64,000 bases of DNA. It comes from Camelus ferus (taxonomy: Eukaryota). A program made the position numbers and the translations under genes. Location: positions 5,952,001 to 6,016,000 of the forward strand of contig NC_045719.1 of NCBI RefSeq assembly GCF_009834535.1. The letters run 5' to 3'. Below the pieces are notes generated by a model. That model was not told the DNA's origin, did not search any database, and saw nothing but the letters and a program-made list of their open reading frames with translations. Within the stretch, counting starts at the first letter, position 1. Each line of letters starts with the position of its first letter. Of the stretch, positions 23,870-35,955 are shown piece after piece.

Positions 23870-24050
23870 GGAAAGAACTCTATGGAAAGTACAGGATAGA
23901 TGAGTTCCAGTCTTGGGAGCTGGCTGTGTGACCTGGGGCAGCTTTTAACTTCCGTGGACCTCAGATTTCTTTTTCTGTAAAATAGGAAAGAGTGAAGAGG
24001 ATTAATTTTATGACCTATTACTTCCTTTCACCCTCAAGATCCTGAGTTTT
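23870..24050 (+). mobile_element. MIR-family SINE fragment
   Basis: gagttccagtcttggg...gctgtgtgacctggggcag...acctcagatttctttttctgtaaaatagg. Confidence 0.7.
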
Positions 24051-24415
24051 CTTTTTACTTCACCTTAGTTATCAAGTTCTTTATCTCTATGATGCCAACC
24101 AGATTGGGTCATACTTGGCAAAGCAAAATATTCCTAATTACAAAGAAGCCCAATATATATTAAAAAAAAAAAGAAGAAAGAAATAGTAATTTTGTTGGAG
24201 AACAGCAAGAAAATGCTGAATATAATTTAAAGACATTTTGCTGTTGCTATTGCTGTAAAGTCCTTGAAGTAAAACATGATTTTGGTCAAAGAAAAGACAA
24301 TCAAACTGTACATTATTCTTCTTTGACTGACTTGACTAACATGTAAATGTTTGGGTTATCTTGACTAGCAATGTCTTACCAAAGTTAGAAAACACAGTGA
24401 ACTAGACCACTGACC

Positions 24416-24710
24416 CATTCATTCATTCATTCCACAAATATGTGTTAAGCACGTATTATGTGCCAGACAAGGTCCTGGATGCTGGAGGACACCACAGTAA
24501 ACAAAACAGATGTCCTCCCTACAGGCATACAGTGGAGGCATTTGGGTGATGCAGTGGGCAATACTGATGCAGTGTGATGACCTCTGGAAAGGGAAGTGCA
24601 GGATATGACATGAAAGAGGCACCGAAAGATGCCAACAGCAGGTTCTGCCACCTGGGGAAGAATTTTTTTCAGGCTCCCTAACAAGGGCTGATCAGCTGAA
24701 AGTATCTTTA
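24416..24710 (-). mobile_element. L2 3' end
   Basis: (cattcatt)n tail followed by ccacaaatatgtgttaagcacgtattatgtgccagac. Confidence 0.8.
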
Positions 24711-24973
24711 TTCAGCATGTGCATTGATATGCATCAGAGCTTGGGAATAGAGATCTGTACCAGCTCCCTTTCCCATCACCGTCATCCTGCAGCAGGAGGT
24801 CAGGAAGGTCTTTCTAGAAGCAGCGGGAGTGAGGAGGCTGCCAGTCAACAAGGCGGAGAGGAACAAGGGCCCCACGTACAGGGGGCGGCGAGTGCAGGTG
24901 CCAGAGACCAGGCGGAACACGGGCTCGCAGACCCCTCGCGGCCTTGTTACTTATAAAGTATTCTGTTCCGAAG

Positions 24974-25080
24974 GACGAAAATGACCTTCAAGGATCTCGG
25001 GGAGGAAGACTTGGGCCTTTACTCCTGTGACGTAACAGACACTGATGGAATAGCGTCAAGCTACCTGATAGATGAGGAAG
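24974..25080 (+). CDS. MYOM1: Myomesin-1 exon ~24, C-terminal part of Ig My9
   Basis: ccgaag|G...GAAG|gtaagc, 107 nt, phase 2 to 1. Reads (K)TKMTFKDLGEEDLGLYSCDVTDTDGIASSYLIDEE. Confidence 0.96.
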
Positions 25081-25200
25081 GTAAGCTAAAAACCAGCCTA
25101 TTCACGAGTCTGCTGCTGCTTTGATTTCTCAGTGTGTGCCCGGAATCAAGTGACTGTTGTTTTATTTCAAGGATTAACTGTTCTCCTTCTCCCCCCACAG

Positions 25201-25245
25201 AACTGAAACGTTTGCTTGCTCTCAGCCAAGAACACAAGTTCCCAA
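25201..25245 (+). CDS. MYOM1: Myomesin-1 exon ~25, My9-My10 helical linker
   Basis: ccacag|AA...CCAA|gtaagt, 45 nt, phase 1-1. Reads (E)LKRLLALSQEHKFP; preceded by a 120-nt intron. Confidence 0.96.
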
Positions 25246-27625
25246 GTAAGTGTCCACAATACAGTGACAGAGTGTAGCCATCCTACTAGACAGCTTTGAT
25301 GGAGGAGGAGAGGCTCTTGAGAATGCAGGGCGGAGCACACACTGGTAGCTGCAGAAGCACTTTCCAAAAGGGCTGCTTTTGTCTCTGCCACTGTTCTGCA
25401 GAGATACAAAGAACACTAACACGCTCTGTTAGTTTAAATACATCCCAGCTCTGTTAGGTAGAGAGGAGTCATGTTACATTAGAGTAACAGTTGAGTAATT
25501 AAGTTCTTCGCTTTTTGCCTACATATTTTGGAATCATATAGATATTTTTTTCTGGATGCATTCATTCATACGCCTTTAAGGCAAACTAATCTCTTCCTAA
25601 GCAATTTAATGTTAGCACTTAATAGAAGAATCAGACCTCTAAATAAAAACAATCTAAAGACACTACCTACCATTTTAAACTCCTGGAAAATTAGGAAAAG
25701 ATCCCTTGATCAGAAAAAGAATCCCTCTGAACTACCTACAAACCCTTCAATAAAGCACCTTCTACATAAAAGATTAAATTCCACAGCTGACACCTAAGAG
25801 AAGAGAATGAAGTCTGAAGTGAAGCTCGGAAAGTTCCACTGGCCTGATAGGATCTCTTGTGATTGGTACACATTGGCCAAAGCAGTGAGGCGTCCAGAAA
25901 GTTACATCCTAGGGCTGGAAAAAAGCAGAAAGTGATAGCATACACTCATTCTTTTAAAGTAAGGATTTTTTCACTCCTTAATCCCTACACTATAACTTCT
26001 TCACTAATGCAGGAGTTTTAGGAACCCAGGAAACTATACTTGACCTCAAACAATAGGCAGAACTTTGTGTGTTTGTACATGTGTATTTTTCTAGGGAGAG
26101 GAACTATAGCTTTCCCAAAATTCTCAACAGGGCTGTGATTAAAAACACAAACACTGCTCTGAAACCAGCTGCCTGACTTCTTACGTTCCCAAGGAACGCT
26201 TATTGGATGGTGAGGCCGGGTGTTGGTGGCTACTGGCCTCAGCTGTGATGTTCTCAAGACCAGCTGTTCCCCACAAAGCACACAGGGGTGCCTGTGGGAT
26301 GTGCGTGCAGGGTGCAGGCTCTGAGTTCTTGGGGGAACCATTTCTCACTGTAAGTTTCTTCACCATAAAACTGGAAAGGTAATACATGAACGGAGCCTTA
26401 AAGTTATTCTTTTAATTGTATGGAAGTTAGAGGTTTGGCCCGGACTCTGTTTGTTCTGTGTTCTGTGAACCTGAGCAGCTCATCCCAGGTTCCCCGTTGC
26501 CTTGGTTCCTTTCCCGGGAATGGCTGTTGTAATCGCTTACAGCAGCCCTCCTAGAGAGGCACCATGAGAGATCGTCAGCAGGGCACTGGTTGACCCTTCA
26601 ACTGTTCAGGAAAAATATAAATATTAATTGAAACAGAACAGTGACCTAGAAAAATCCACTTTCAGAAGAGCTGTCTGCCAGCCGCACAGCTGTCCTCCCT
26701 TCGTGCCCCCAGGGCTGTGAAGCAGGGAGTGGAGGAGACCATCACTGTGCAGAACACGGCCAGTGAATGTCCGCATTGTCTATGGGCGAACGTCGGTACA
26801 AGCAGAGAGAAACAGCAGCACCTACTAATCTAGCTCGTCAGACAGTAAACACTGACAAAGTGTCTCGGCGACGGCTGGTGCAGACAGCATTCACATTTAG
26901 CTCAGAGGTTGGAGCAGAGGGAAGTTGGGGTGTTCCTCCTGAATTGGTGGCACCCGGCTGGCTTCCCTGAGGCTCAGTGATGGGATGGACTTGAAGACAG
27001 CGTTGCCTGCTGTCACTGTGGTTTACGCTGAGATATTTTATTCTGCGTGAGCCTAAGCACTCTGATTGTTGGGGGCCCTTTTGTTAGAGACCCCGTGTGG
27101 CATTTGCGTCGGCACAGAGAGAACCCGAGAATGTGTTAAAAACCCCAACATGTGAGTGTAACACTCCCAGCCCAAGGGAGCTTCCGTTAGCCCTTTGAAG
27201 CAGCGTTGTAGCTATAACATCTCCAGTGTCTTCTCTCCCCACCACTGTGACATCAGCCGGGTCACCATGTGAATATTTTCAGAGACCTGATGATAGGGTC
27301 CAAGTTGCATATCCCGTTTCTCCATGTATACCACTTCCTCTTAGTAAACGCTGACACATAATTAAGTCATCTTCTTGAGATTTTGTAAGGTTTTAAATGG
27401 TCTCATTTCTTACAGAGTGTCATAAAGAGTGTGGTGTTCCTTTATCCCTTGGCACAGCAAATTCTCCTATTTTAAGCTGTTTTCAAAAATATTTTGAAAA
27501 CCACTAAACATATGCCCTAAACTTAACAAATAACAGATATGTTGCTGGAGCAAGAAAACTGCCAGAGAAAAAAAGCCCAAGGAAATTTAGGGCTGAGTAG
27601 AAGGAAAAAATAAAAATATGTAAAG

Positions 27626-27635
27626 CTAAAAATAG
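27626..27635 (+). promoter_or_regulatory. Consensus MEF2 site CTAAAAATAG (intron 25)
   Basis: Exact match to CTA(A/T)4TAG. Function not shown. Confidence 0.35.
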
Positions 27636-27979
27636 AAAATAATCTAGTCTGTCTTGCCAGTAGTAATACTAAATTGCAGTGCAGTGAAGCAGTATTTGAA
27701 TATATATATACACACACATATATGTATTTATATCAAGAATTCAAGGTGTTTGGGGGGGATGGTGGGAAGTCTATTTCAATACTGACAACATCCTGCATAA
27801 TACATCTCGTCATTGGCAGACATTGGTCATTATCCCACGTGTGTGTGTATACACTGTGTGTGTGAGGTATACACAAGCACATATAATCACGCCTGTTTGG
27901 TGTGTCCTCTTAGGTGTAAATGTATTTTACCATTGATGGTTGTAGGGTGTTGTTTAAACCCCTGGAGAAAGAGTCACCA

Positions 27980-28195
27980 AAATATTAATAGCCTCATTTA
28001 TAGCACTTATTACATGCTATTTATAGGATGCTTAAATGGAATATGACATTTAAACTCCGCAATGACCTAAAAAGGGTCATTACTACGGGGATTTAATTCT
28101 AGAGATGGAGAACATGAGGCACAGAGAGGTTAAGTAGCTAGACCAGAGGTACACAGCTGGCACCTGGGGTTAAACCCAGGTAGTCTGACACTAAC
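27980..28195 (-). mobile_element. MIR SINE
   Basis: gagaacatgaggcacagagaggttaagtagctagaccagaggtacacagctgg...aaacccaggtagtctgac. Contains CTATTTATAG at 28017-28026. Confidence 0.75.
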
Positions 28196-28461
28196 CCAGA
28201 CATGGACTGTTTCTGTGTGGAGGTAAGTCCATCTTCCTCATTTTTACAGTTAAGACATCTGTGACAGTCAGGATTAGAACCCAGTTTTTCTGTCCCTCAA
28301 TATTCAGCCTCTCCCCTATAACACTCTCACTGCCTCCAGGCTTTGCAAGAAGCAAGATGCTACACCACCATCTCTGTGGTTTTTTTCCACTTGTTGGAAA
28401 AATCTGTGTCAGTACAATTGGTTACCAGGATAATCACTACTCTTATTTTTATTTTTCATAG

Positions 28462-28598
28462 CTGTCCCAGTTAAATCGGAGTTGGCAGTTGAAATTTTGG
28501 AGAAAGGCCAAGTCCGGTTTTGGATGCAGGCTGAGAAGCTGTCTGGCAATGCCAAAGTCAACTTCATATTTAACGACAAGGAAATTTTTGAAGGGCCG
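28462..28598 (+). CDS. MYOM1: Myomesin-1 exon ~26, N-terminal part of Ig My10
   Basis: tcatag|CT...CCG|gtaggt, 137 nt, phase 1 to 0. Reads (T)VPVKSELAVEILEKGQVRFWMQAEKLSGNAKVNFIFNDKEIFEGP. Confidence 0.97.
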
Positions 28599-29693
28599 GT
28601 AGGTTTTACACTTTTTAGATTTCTAAACATATCATTGCAGAATGTGCCGGGGAAGAATGCAGATAAGCTGTTATGAAAACCACTGGATGTGGGGTGGGGG
28701 AGTGTAAATCACTTCACACGTGAAAAGTGTGGAAGAAAATATATCATATTATCCAAAATTGAGACACTTCTGAGAATGAACGAGGATGCTAGGAATAATT
28801 TTTCCAGGACAACAGTCATAAACCAAAACTGTCTCAGGCAAATCAGGAAGTTGGTCCCTCATGAAAAAAGCTGCTCTCTTGGGAAGGCAAAGGGACCCAC
28901 ACCCTTGCCTGAACTCAGATACTCACATCACAGACTGCAGTGGGGTCTTGGTTCTTCAAAGGGAAGAATTGTTCTAATGGCTCAGAAAAAAATGCAGTAA
29001 AAATATCTTTCATTGCTTTTCTGGCTAAAAATCAATCTTTGTTGTAAAAAGCTTTAAAGACTCAGAAAGGAGAAATCGCAAATTCTTACAGCTTTTTGGT
29101 ACACATATTCATATATACTTGCTGGTCTTTTTCTATACTTCTGTGTGTATAATTTGTGTCTTATTGACACAGGTGATTGTGTATATCTGCCCTTAGTATT
29201 TTCTTTGCCTTTAACGTACACAGAATTTTTATAGATAGAGTTACGGTGTCAGCACTTGATGTGTCCTCCCCAGACATCTGCAGAGCCCGGATCAGGCTGG
29301 TGCCTGGTGGTACTGAACAACTTAGGTTCAGGCGCGCTGGCTCCTCCCTGTGTTCTCACAGGTGTAAGTGGGAGATGGAAAAGATGGGGGAGAGGTGTGG
29401 TTTGTGGCCATCATTAACAACTGTTCTCCTTGCATCGAAATGTGTTTTTAAACCATTTGAGGATTCATTAGTGAGAGGGAGGATGAGTAACATAAATGGC
29501 AGAAGAGTGAGCAGTATATTCACTTTCAACTCGTACGGTAACGGTGTGCGAGCCGGGACAAGTCACACGTGGGTCCTCTGTGGCGCGTCTCCTCCCTGTC
29601 CTCAGAACCTTCTGTGTGGTCACCATGAGGCCAGTGGAGAGGAAGGAAGAGCTTTATTGGCATCACTCTGCCACCACAGCCACCGAGGGAACA

Positions 29694-29780
29694 CTCGTGC
29701 ACACGTGTGTGTAGAGGCACACATGTTCACACAGGCTTGCATGTTACTGTGCACGCACATAAACACACACACACACACAG
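29694..29780. repeat. Degenerate (CA/TG)n tract ending in an (AC)n run
   Basis: gtgcacacgtgtgtgt...gcacgcacataaacacacacacacacacag. Confidence 0.65.
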
Positions 29781-29847
29781 AACTTGAAGAGCTGTTCATT
29801 GTCATTACAGTGGTTCTTATCATACTATTTCATTGGGTGGAAATTAT

Positions 29848-30060
29848 TGTCTTAGGTCAGGTTCCCTAGAATGAGAGTCTGAAATAGGGTTTCTCCTTCA
29901 GGTGGTTTATGGGGAAGAACTCTCAGGAGTAGGAGGTGAGGGAAGCAAGCTAGGGTAGGGACAAGCTAAGCAAAAACATGGCCTCAGTTGGAGACTGGCT
30001 CCCTGCAGGGAAAGCTCTGGGGCATGAATGGCACCACAGAGTTGATCCCAGACCTGAGCC
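29848..30060 (-). mobile_element. ERVL LTR 3' end (LTR16-family-like)
   Basis: tgtcttaggtcaggttccctagaatgagagtctgaaatagg is the reverse complement of the recalled LTR16 terminus ...GGGAACCCGACCTAAGACA. Confidence 0.65.
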
Positions 30061-30269
30061 TTCATTCTGTGACATTTCATAGGAAACCTTCATTAATTCA
30101 GATCCATCATGGAGCTTGTGCTTGTATGGCCAAGGACTGAGATTTACCTTTACGTTGAAAAAAGTTGCCTAAGGAATATGATAAAATAAGCACAGCCGAA
30201 CAGGGCAATTTTGGTTCATTAAGAACAAAAGGGCTTCGACTGCATTAGAAGCATTTTTATGCACCTGTT

Positions 30270-30372
30270 AATCAGCAGGTGTATATTAATTGGCTGCTGT
30301 GTGCCATGCACGTGCTAGATGCCACGGACACAGCCATGAACCAGACAATGCTTCCCTCACGCTGCTTACAGT
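30270..30372 (-). mobile_element. L2 3' end fragment
   Basis: tgtgtgccatgcacgtgctagatgccacggacacagccatgaaccagaca. Confidence 0.6.
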
Positions 30373-30697
30373 TGTGCTTTGTTAATTGAAAACAATGGAA
30401 TCCAGAAAGTAAAATGAAAACCTAAAAATAACATTTTGTGATTTGGGGTAACAAAACTTTATATTTAAAAAACTAAATGTCAGGCTTCTTAGAAATCAAT
30501 TCTGGTCAAGGTCATATATTCCATTTAACATTTTCCTTTTTCTGGGCACAAGATTTTAAAACCTTGCTCAGTTAAAAAAATGTTAACAAGAAATTTTATT
30601 AAATTACGATACTTTGGCGTTTGTGCGTGTGTTTTGTGAGGGTTACTGTCATCATATCTGTCTCACTTACTTCTCTCTTTTCCTCTTCACGTTGAAG

Positions 30698-30842
30698 AAA
30701 TATAAGATGCATATTGACCGAAACACTGGTATCATTGAAATGTTTATGGAAAAGCTGCAGGATGAGGATGAGGGGACGTATACTTTCCAGATTCAAGATG
30801 GAAGAGCAACGGGTCATTCTACTCTGGTTCTCATTGGTGATG
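30698..30842 (+). CDS. MYOM1: Myomesin-1 exon ~27, C-terminal part of Ig My10
   Basis: ttgaag|AAA...ATG|gtaagc, 145 nt, phase 0 to 1. Reads KYKMHIDRNTGIIEMFMEKLQDEDEGTYTFQIQDGRATGHSTLVLIGD. Confidence 0.97.
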
Positions 30843-31384
30843 GTAAGCGTTCTGTGGAACATTAACTCAAAGACTTTGCTCCTCCCTTCAATGCAAACAC
30901 TCCATCGTACAAAAGTGGTCACGTGGGCAGTAGAAGGAATTATTTCTTGATTGGATTCCAGTGTTCAAAATACAGTTTACAGTTAATACTTTCCATAGCA
31001 TTTCATTCCGTAGAACATTAATTTTAAAAGACACCAGAGTTATCATTGGCCCACAGGCAAGACTGCACTTAAATTATGTCATAAATAAAAAGTATTTATA
31101 ACTAAAATTTTCCAGTGAAGGATATTGCAGTATAACCAAGACTGTATGTATGTCTCACAAACAAACTATGATACTATTTTGTAACGTGTACTTAAACTAC
31201 TTAAATTAAAAAGAAAAATATGCAAAAGTAGAGCCTGCCAGACCAATCAATCATACATTAGAATTAGGTTGTATGTCAAGTGTCATAAGCCAGTGTGGGA
31301 GCCACCAAGATTTAAAATGTATATTTAATAAAGCAATGGAAAGGCTGGCCAGATCTCTACATTTGCAATAGCCAATGCTGCTTC

Positions 31385-31535
31385 ATTATGTCCTGGCTTC
31401 ATGACCTTGGACAAGCTACTTAACCTTTCTAAGCCTTTTTCTTCATCTGTGAATGCTGAAAACAAATACGGTGGTCATGATGTATGAGTGTCATAATAAT
31501 GAATGTAAATCACTCAGCACAGCGACGGGCATGTA
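31385..31535 (+). mobile_element. MIR SINE fragment
   Basis: atgaccttggacaagctacttaacctttctaagcctttttcttcatctgtgaatg. Confidence 0.75.
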
Positions 31536-31586
31536 TGTTTATACCACTCAACTCGACTTCATACTTCCTTGATTTTCAATTTTCAG

Positions 31587-31646
31587 TTTATAAGAAGCTC
31601 CAGAAAGAAGCTGAATTCCAGCGGCAAGAATGGATCAGGAAACAAG
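31587..31646 (+). CDS. MYOM1: Myomesin-1 exon ~28, My10-My11 helical linker
   Basis: tttcag|TT...CAAG|gtaaaa, 60 nt, phase 1-1. Reads (V)YKKLQKEAEFQRQEWIRKQ. Confidence 0.97.
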
Positions 31647-31944
31647 GTAAAAATGGGTAGTGAATAAAGAGAAGAGCTTCCATTTCTTGAACAAAATATT
31701 CCAAGGTGAAGTCCATAACAAATTAAAATGAATATTATTGCTTATATCAGTAATGGCTTGGCAAATAAAATTAATTGGACATATTTATTATTAAATATGT
31801 ATCGATTTAAAATATTAAAAAGCTAAAACTTAAATTTTAAAAAGTTCACTTTAAACGTAAATCACCTTGGAATTTAAGAATGAGCTGGGATTTTTGCATT
31901 CATAATTAATATTTCTGATTGCTAATATTATTAAAATTTTATAG

Positions 31945-32012
31945 GTCCACATTTTGTTGAGTATTTGAGCTGGGAAGTGACTGGTGAATGTAATGTCCTA
32001 TTGAAATGCAAG
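31945..32012 (+). CDS. MYOM1: Myomesin-1 exon ~29, Ig My11
   Basis: ttatag|GT...AAG|gtaaga, 68 nt, phase 1 to 0. Reads (G)PHFVEYLSWEVTGECNVLLKCK. Confidence 0.97.
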
Positions 32013-32249
32013 GTAAGAAGTAGATACATGTTTAATATTTGATACAAGGAAAATAAAGATAAAACAGAATGTAAGAAGAAGAGAAAGATCCATTTTTCAT
32101 CTCCTCCGTTTGCACCAAAATGATAGGTGACACGTCCTTACTGTTGAAGGTTATGTAATCAAATATTTAAAATAAGACAATGTGAAAATGTGGAAGTCAA
32201 GATGATCGTTTTTATTCATTGCCTATGCCCTAGTTAATAAAGATAGACT

Positions 32250-32585
32250 CTTTTTTTATTGATTGTTTTTTAGAGCAGTTTTAAGTTCACAGCAAAGTTA
32301 AAGGGAAGGTACAGAGATTTCCCAAGTACCCCTGTCTCTACATACACGTAGCCTGTCTCAACATCCCCCACAAAGTGGCACATATGTTACCAGTGATGAA
32401 CCCACATGGACACAAGGTCACCCAGGGTCCACAGCTTAGTTCCCTCTTGGCATGTACATTCCACGGGTTTGGACAAATGTTTAAACACACGTATCTGTCA
32501 CTATAGTATCATACAGAGTATGTTCACTCCTCTGAAAAGCCTCTGTGCTCTGCCTGTTTATCCCTCGCCAACCCCCACCAACTCC
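32250..32585 (-). mobile_element. L1MC1-like 3' end
   Basis: ttttagagcagttttaagttcacagcaaag...gaaggtacagagatttccca...ggtttggacaaatgt...tatagtatcatacagagt matches recalled L1MC1 antisense text. Confidence 0.85.
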
Positions 32586-33419
32586 TTTTTAATTATTAAT
32601 CTCAAAAGAATCCCGCATTGTCTTTGTTACATTCTAAGTGGTAGATCTGTTCCAGAATCATGCCAGCCACACTGTGTTTCTGTGGAAGTTGAGCAATTTT
32701 TTTAATCTAAATTGTGTGCCTTGGAGTCGTGGGCGGCTCTGCAGCTGATTCTGAAACCCCTGTGCTCCCATGAGGGGCGAGGTTTGGTAAAGATTTTGCA
32801 GCTCATGACCAATTGTCTTATTAGGTCTTTGGGAAAATTTAGGGGAAAAAAAAGTTCCACATGACATTCTGAATTATTTTGTACCTTGGTCTACGGTGTT
32901 GAGCTGCATGAGTCATTGATTTTTTTGAATGGGAACTGCCGGCTGAGGAAGAAGTGTGAAGGGCGTGGTGGTGGACAGTGACCCCAAAGCGAATGCATGG
33001 ATTTGGCATTTGGCATGTAGTTGTCATCACAAAAGCCGGAGCGCAAGTACCCTGGTCTCTGCTGGATCAGATAAAGAGAAAGAAACAGTGAGCAGCCCAC
33101 CAGAATCGATTTTAGCCTCTGAGAAAATGGCAGACACTCTTAGAAAACAGCTTCTCAGGCAGCAGCTAAAACCCACTCGGCCTCTCTCTCCTCCTGACTG
33201 TCCACGGCCATGCTGCCCCCCACTCACTCTCTCCTGCACGTTGCCCCCAAGAGGCCCGCACGCTTGTCCCCCTCCCTGTGCTGCCTGTTGTGCTTGGCTC
33301 CTGGGAGGCGGGCTTGGGGGCCCTGTTCTGGTGGTCTTCCCCAGGAGAGCTGGACTCTAAGCCAGATCCTGAACAACCACAGGAGCCTGGAAGTAGGTTC
33401 TGAATATTCAGATGTTAAG

Positions 33420-33710
33420 TGTTTATGCTGTTCCAATGCCTTCAAGTGGCCTTCTTCTTTCAGCTTCTCTGACAAAAATCCTTTTTCAAGGCCCATCTGA
33501 GTCATCTCCTCTGTAAGGCCTCCCTCTTCTCAGTCCAGGTAGAATGACCCTTCCTCTGTCCTCCCACAGTCCTTGGTTTCATTATGATAGCAATTTATGT
33601 ACATTTAGCAATTTACACGTTGCATTATGGTTAATGGAGTATGTGCAGCTAAACATTCAGACTCTGAGACTGTCTTGGGCCCTATTTGGAACTAGTCTAT
33701 TCAAAAGGAT
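33420..33710 (+). mobile_element. Degenerate L2 3' region
   Basis: atcctttttcaaggcccatctgagtcatctcctctgtaaggcctccct...ccttcctctgtcctcccacagtcc. Confidence 0.5.
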
Positions 33711-34199
33711 ATGGACTGGAACCCCAGCTCACCCACGAGGCCATGCCAGGCTTCCCTCTCCTGCAGGAGTCCGCATCGGAGTCAGTCCCTCCCCACCCCC
33801 AGGTGACAGCTCACGTGCAAGGAGATGAGATACACTCGGAGCAGATGCAGGAAACAGCATGGCTTTAAAAAAAAACCCTCATGCCCCAGAGAGCCAGTAC
33901 CTCTTGTAACAACTCCGCAGACGGAGCTTCCAGCGTCCCCGAGAGGACAACCCCAGATTACAGGAGTCCGTATACCCAGGGAAGCCCAAAGCTACGGATA
34001 CACTCTCTAGTCCCTCCCAGGCCAGATGCAGCTCCCCAGTCAGGGGCCATTCTTGTCATAAGCAATGTCGCCTGCTCACACAGTAACATTCTGTAACCCG
34101 GGAGCCAGGTTACAGGGCCGTAAAGAACGTCTGTGCGCATCAGTTTCCCTGTGCTCACCGCTGTGGGTCTCCCCTTAGCTGTGTGAGCTGGAACTTTTT

Positions 34200-35070
34200 A
34201 ACTTATCGAAACTTACATTTCCTTGTCTTTAATGAGATGAGACATTTTCTTCGTGTGTTTGTTTTGTAATTATATTTCCTCTTTGGGAAATTGTTTGTAC
34301 ATTTGTCCAGTTATTTAAGATTGTTTTCTTGATTTGTGGGACATCTTTACTTTTCCGTCCAATTTTAATTACACAAGAAATACATGAATATGCTCTTCTT
34401 CATAAAAAAGTGCAAGCATTGTAGATAACGCTTAAGATCCTTTTAATCATATGAGGTCATTTAGCCCATTTGAAATTTATGATATGATGTGTGGATACAG
34501 GATCTAAATGAGTTTCCTAAAAATTACTAAGCAATTAATTTATTAAACCAGACTTGATGGATGCTAGCTGAGCTTACTGCGGTAATCATTTCACAACCTA
34601 TGCATATAGCAAATGATTATGTTGTATGTCCTAAACTGATATAATGTTATATCAACTATATCTCAATAAAGCTGGGGAAAAATTTAATTAAAAAAATTTA
34701 AAACATATTTCCTCTCCACATTTATTCACTAAGTTTCAATTGTCTTTTAAAAATATTTAGCTATAGATTGGGGCTTGCTCACCCCATCACTTTGGTGAAG
34801 TCATTTGTCTTTGTGACACAGACTATATTTTAATTTGATGGGACTTTTCTTCCTTCAGTTTTCAAATTTTTATTTTACTAAGTCTGTATGTTAGTGTGTA
34901 TGTTTCTATGCTTCCTTTTCTTGTCCAGCAGATGATTTTAAAGTCAGGTTTTTTTTTTTTTCTGCTTGAAACAGAAATGCTATTGATTTGGGTTTATTCG
35001 TTTATATCCACATTACTTTAAACTCTCTGTCAATTTAAAAATAGCTTTCACTTGATTCTTCTAGAGATCT
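34200..35070 (-). mobile_element. Ancient L1 (L1ME-like) remnant interrupted by a younger L1 tip
   Basis: atttccttgtctttaatgagatgagacattttcttcgtgtgttt and gctattgatttgggtttattc...tatccacattac are antisense L1 ORF2-like text. Confidence 0.5.
34551..34700 (+). mobile_element. L1MA-type 3' end tip
   Basis: ggtaatcatttcacaacctatgcatatagcaaat...atcaactatatctcaataaagctgggg followed by an A-rich tail. Confidence 0.8.
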
Positions 35071-35170
35071 ATATCTTTTTCTTATATCCAAAGCTACATT
35101 AAGAATTATTTAGTTTCATAAGGGTGGCACTCCTTTATTTCAAGAAGTATAACTACAGTTTTTCTTCTAG

Positions 35171-35284
35171 GTGGCAAACATTAAGAAAGAGACTCATATT
35201 GTGTGGTATAAAGATGACAGGGAGATCTCGGTGGATGAAAAGCATGACTTTAAGGACGGTATATGTACCCTCCTAATAACAGAG
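35171..35284 (+). CDS. MYOM1: Myomesin-1 exon ~30, Ig My11
   Basis: ttctag|GTG...GAG|gtaggt, 114 nt, phase 0-0. Reads VANIKKETHIVWYKDDREISVDEKHDFKDGICTLLITE. Confidence 0.97.
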
Positions 35285-35955
35285 GTAGGTGACTATGAAT
35301 GTGAAATGTAATATGTAGGTTCTGTGCCCCACGTTCTTCTAAACACTAGATTACGTGGTCCTCTGCCCCGGGCATATCCCTGCCCTGACATCACCCAAAC
35401 AGCAAGCTGTCAGGACACAAAAGCTTCTCTCCCCCGCGAGACGTGTGGATTTGTCAGATATCCAGCCAGTGCTGGCGAGGTACCACGGCTCTTGCCTCTC
35501 TGGGCTGCATTTTTTCATAGACGGGTGAGTGGCAGGGTAGTTAAGTGGACCCTTCTTTGTTTGCTCTTAAGCCTCATGATACCTTGTTCCCTAAAAGTAC
35601 AGAGACAATCAGACGCTGTATTCATTTAAGTATAGATTTTTATCTACTTTTTGTCTAAAAGAGCATACCTTTCAAATACTTGTGATCATTAGCTTTTAAT
35701 ATGAAGGCAGAGTAAAGGATAAGGACTTTAAGCCTCAGGTCAGTTGTGGCCTTAAGGGGTGAGCAGTCAGGACTGCTTACTGGCCGTGTTATGCTGGATG
35801 GTTCATCCGTGAACTGTTCGTTGCTCCCAGGGCTTGATGCTTGTTCAGTGTGTTTTGATGGCAGTTCTATAAATCACAGGGCCTGAAAAATGCAAACACC
35901 GTACTATGAGGCTCTGATAAGCTGCAATGTGTGCAACTCTTCCCCCCTCCCTTAG

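Noticed and set aside
24870-24900. CTCF-like acagggggcggc
   Set aside because: Mismatches the conserved upstream CC of the CTCF core; insufficient alone.
29344-29369. Acceptor directly followed by GT and GTAAGT (ctcacag|gtgtaagt), like a recursive splice site or 2-nt exon
   Set aside because: The intron is only 2.1 kb, whereas recursive sites typically occur in very long introns; the regenerated donor GTGTAA is weak, and a 2-nt exon would frameshift.
29177-29869. 230-aa plus-strand intronic ORF
   Set aside because: Non-ATG start, runs through a CA repeat (THTHT) and into an LTR, with no homology I recognise.
30324-30338. Partial REST/RE1-like ccacggaca
   Set aside because: Left half-site absent and it lies within an L2 fragment.
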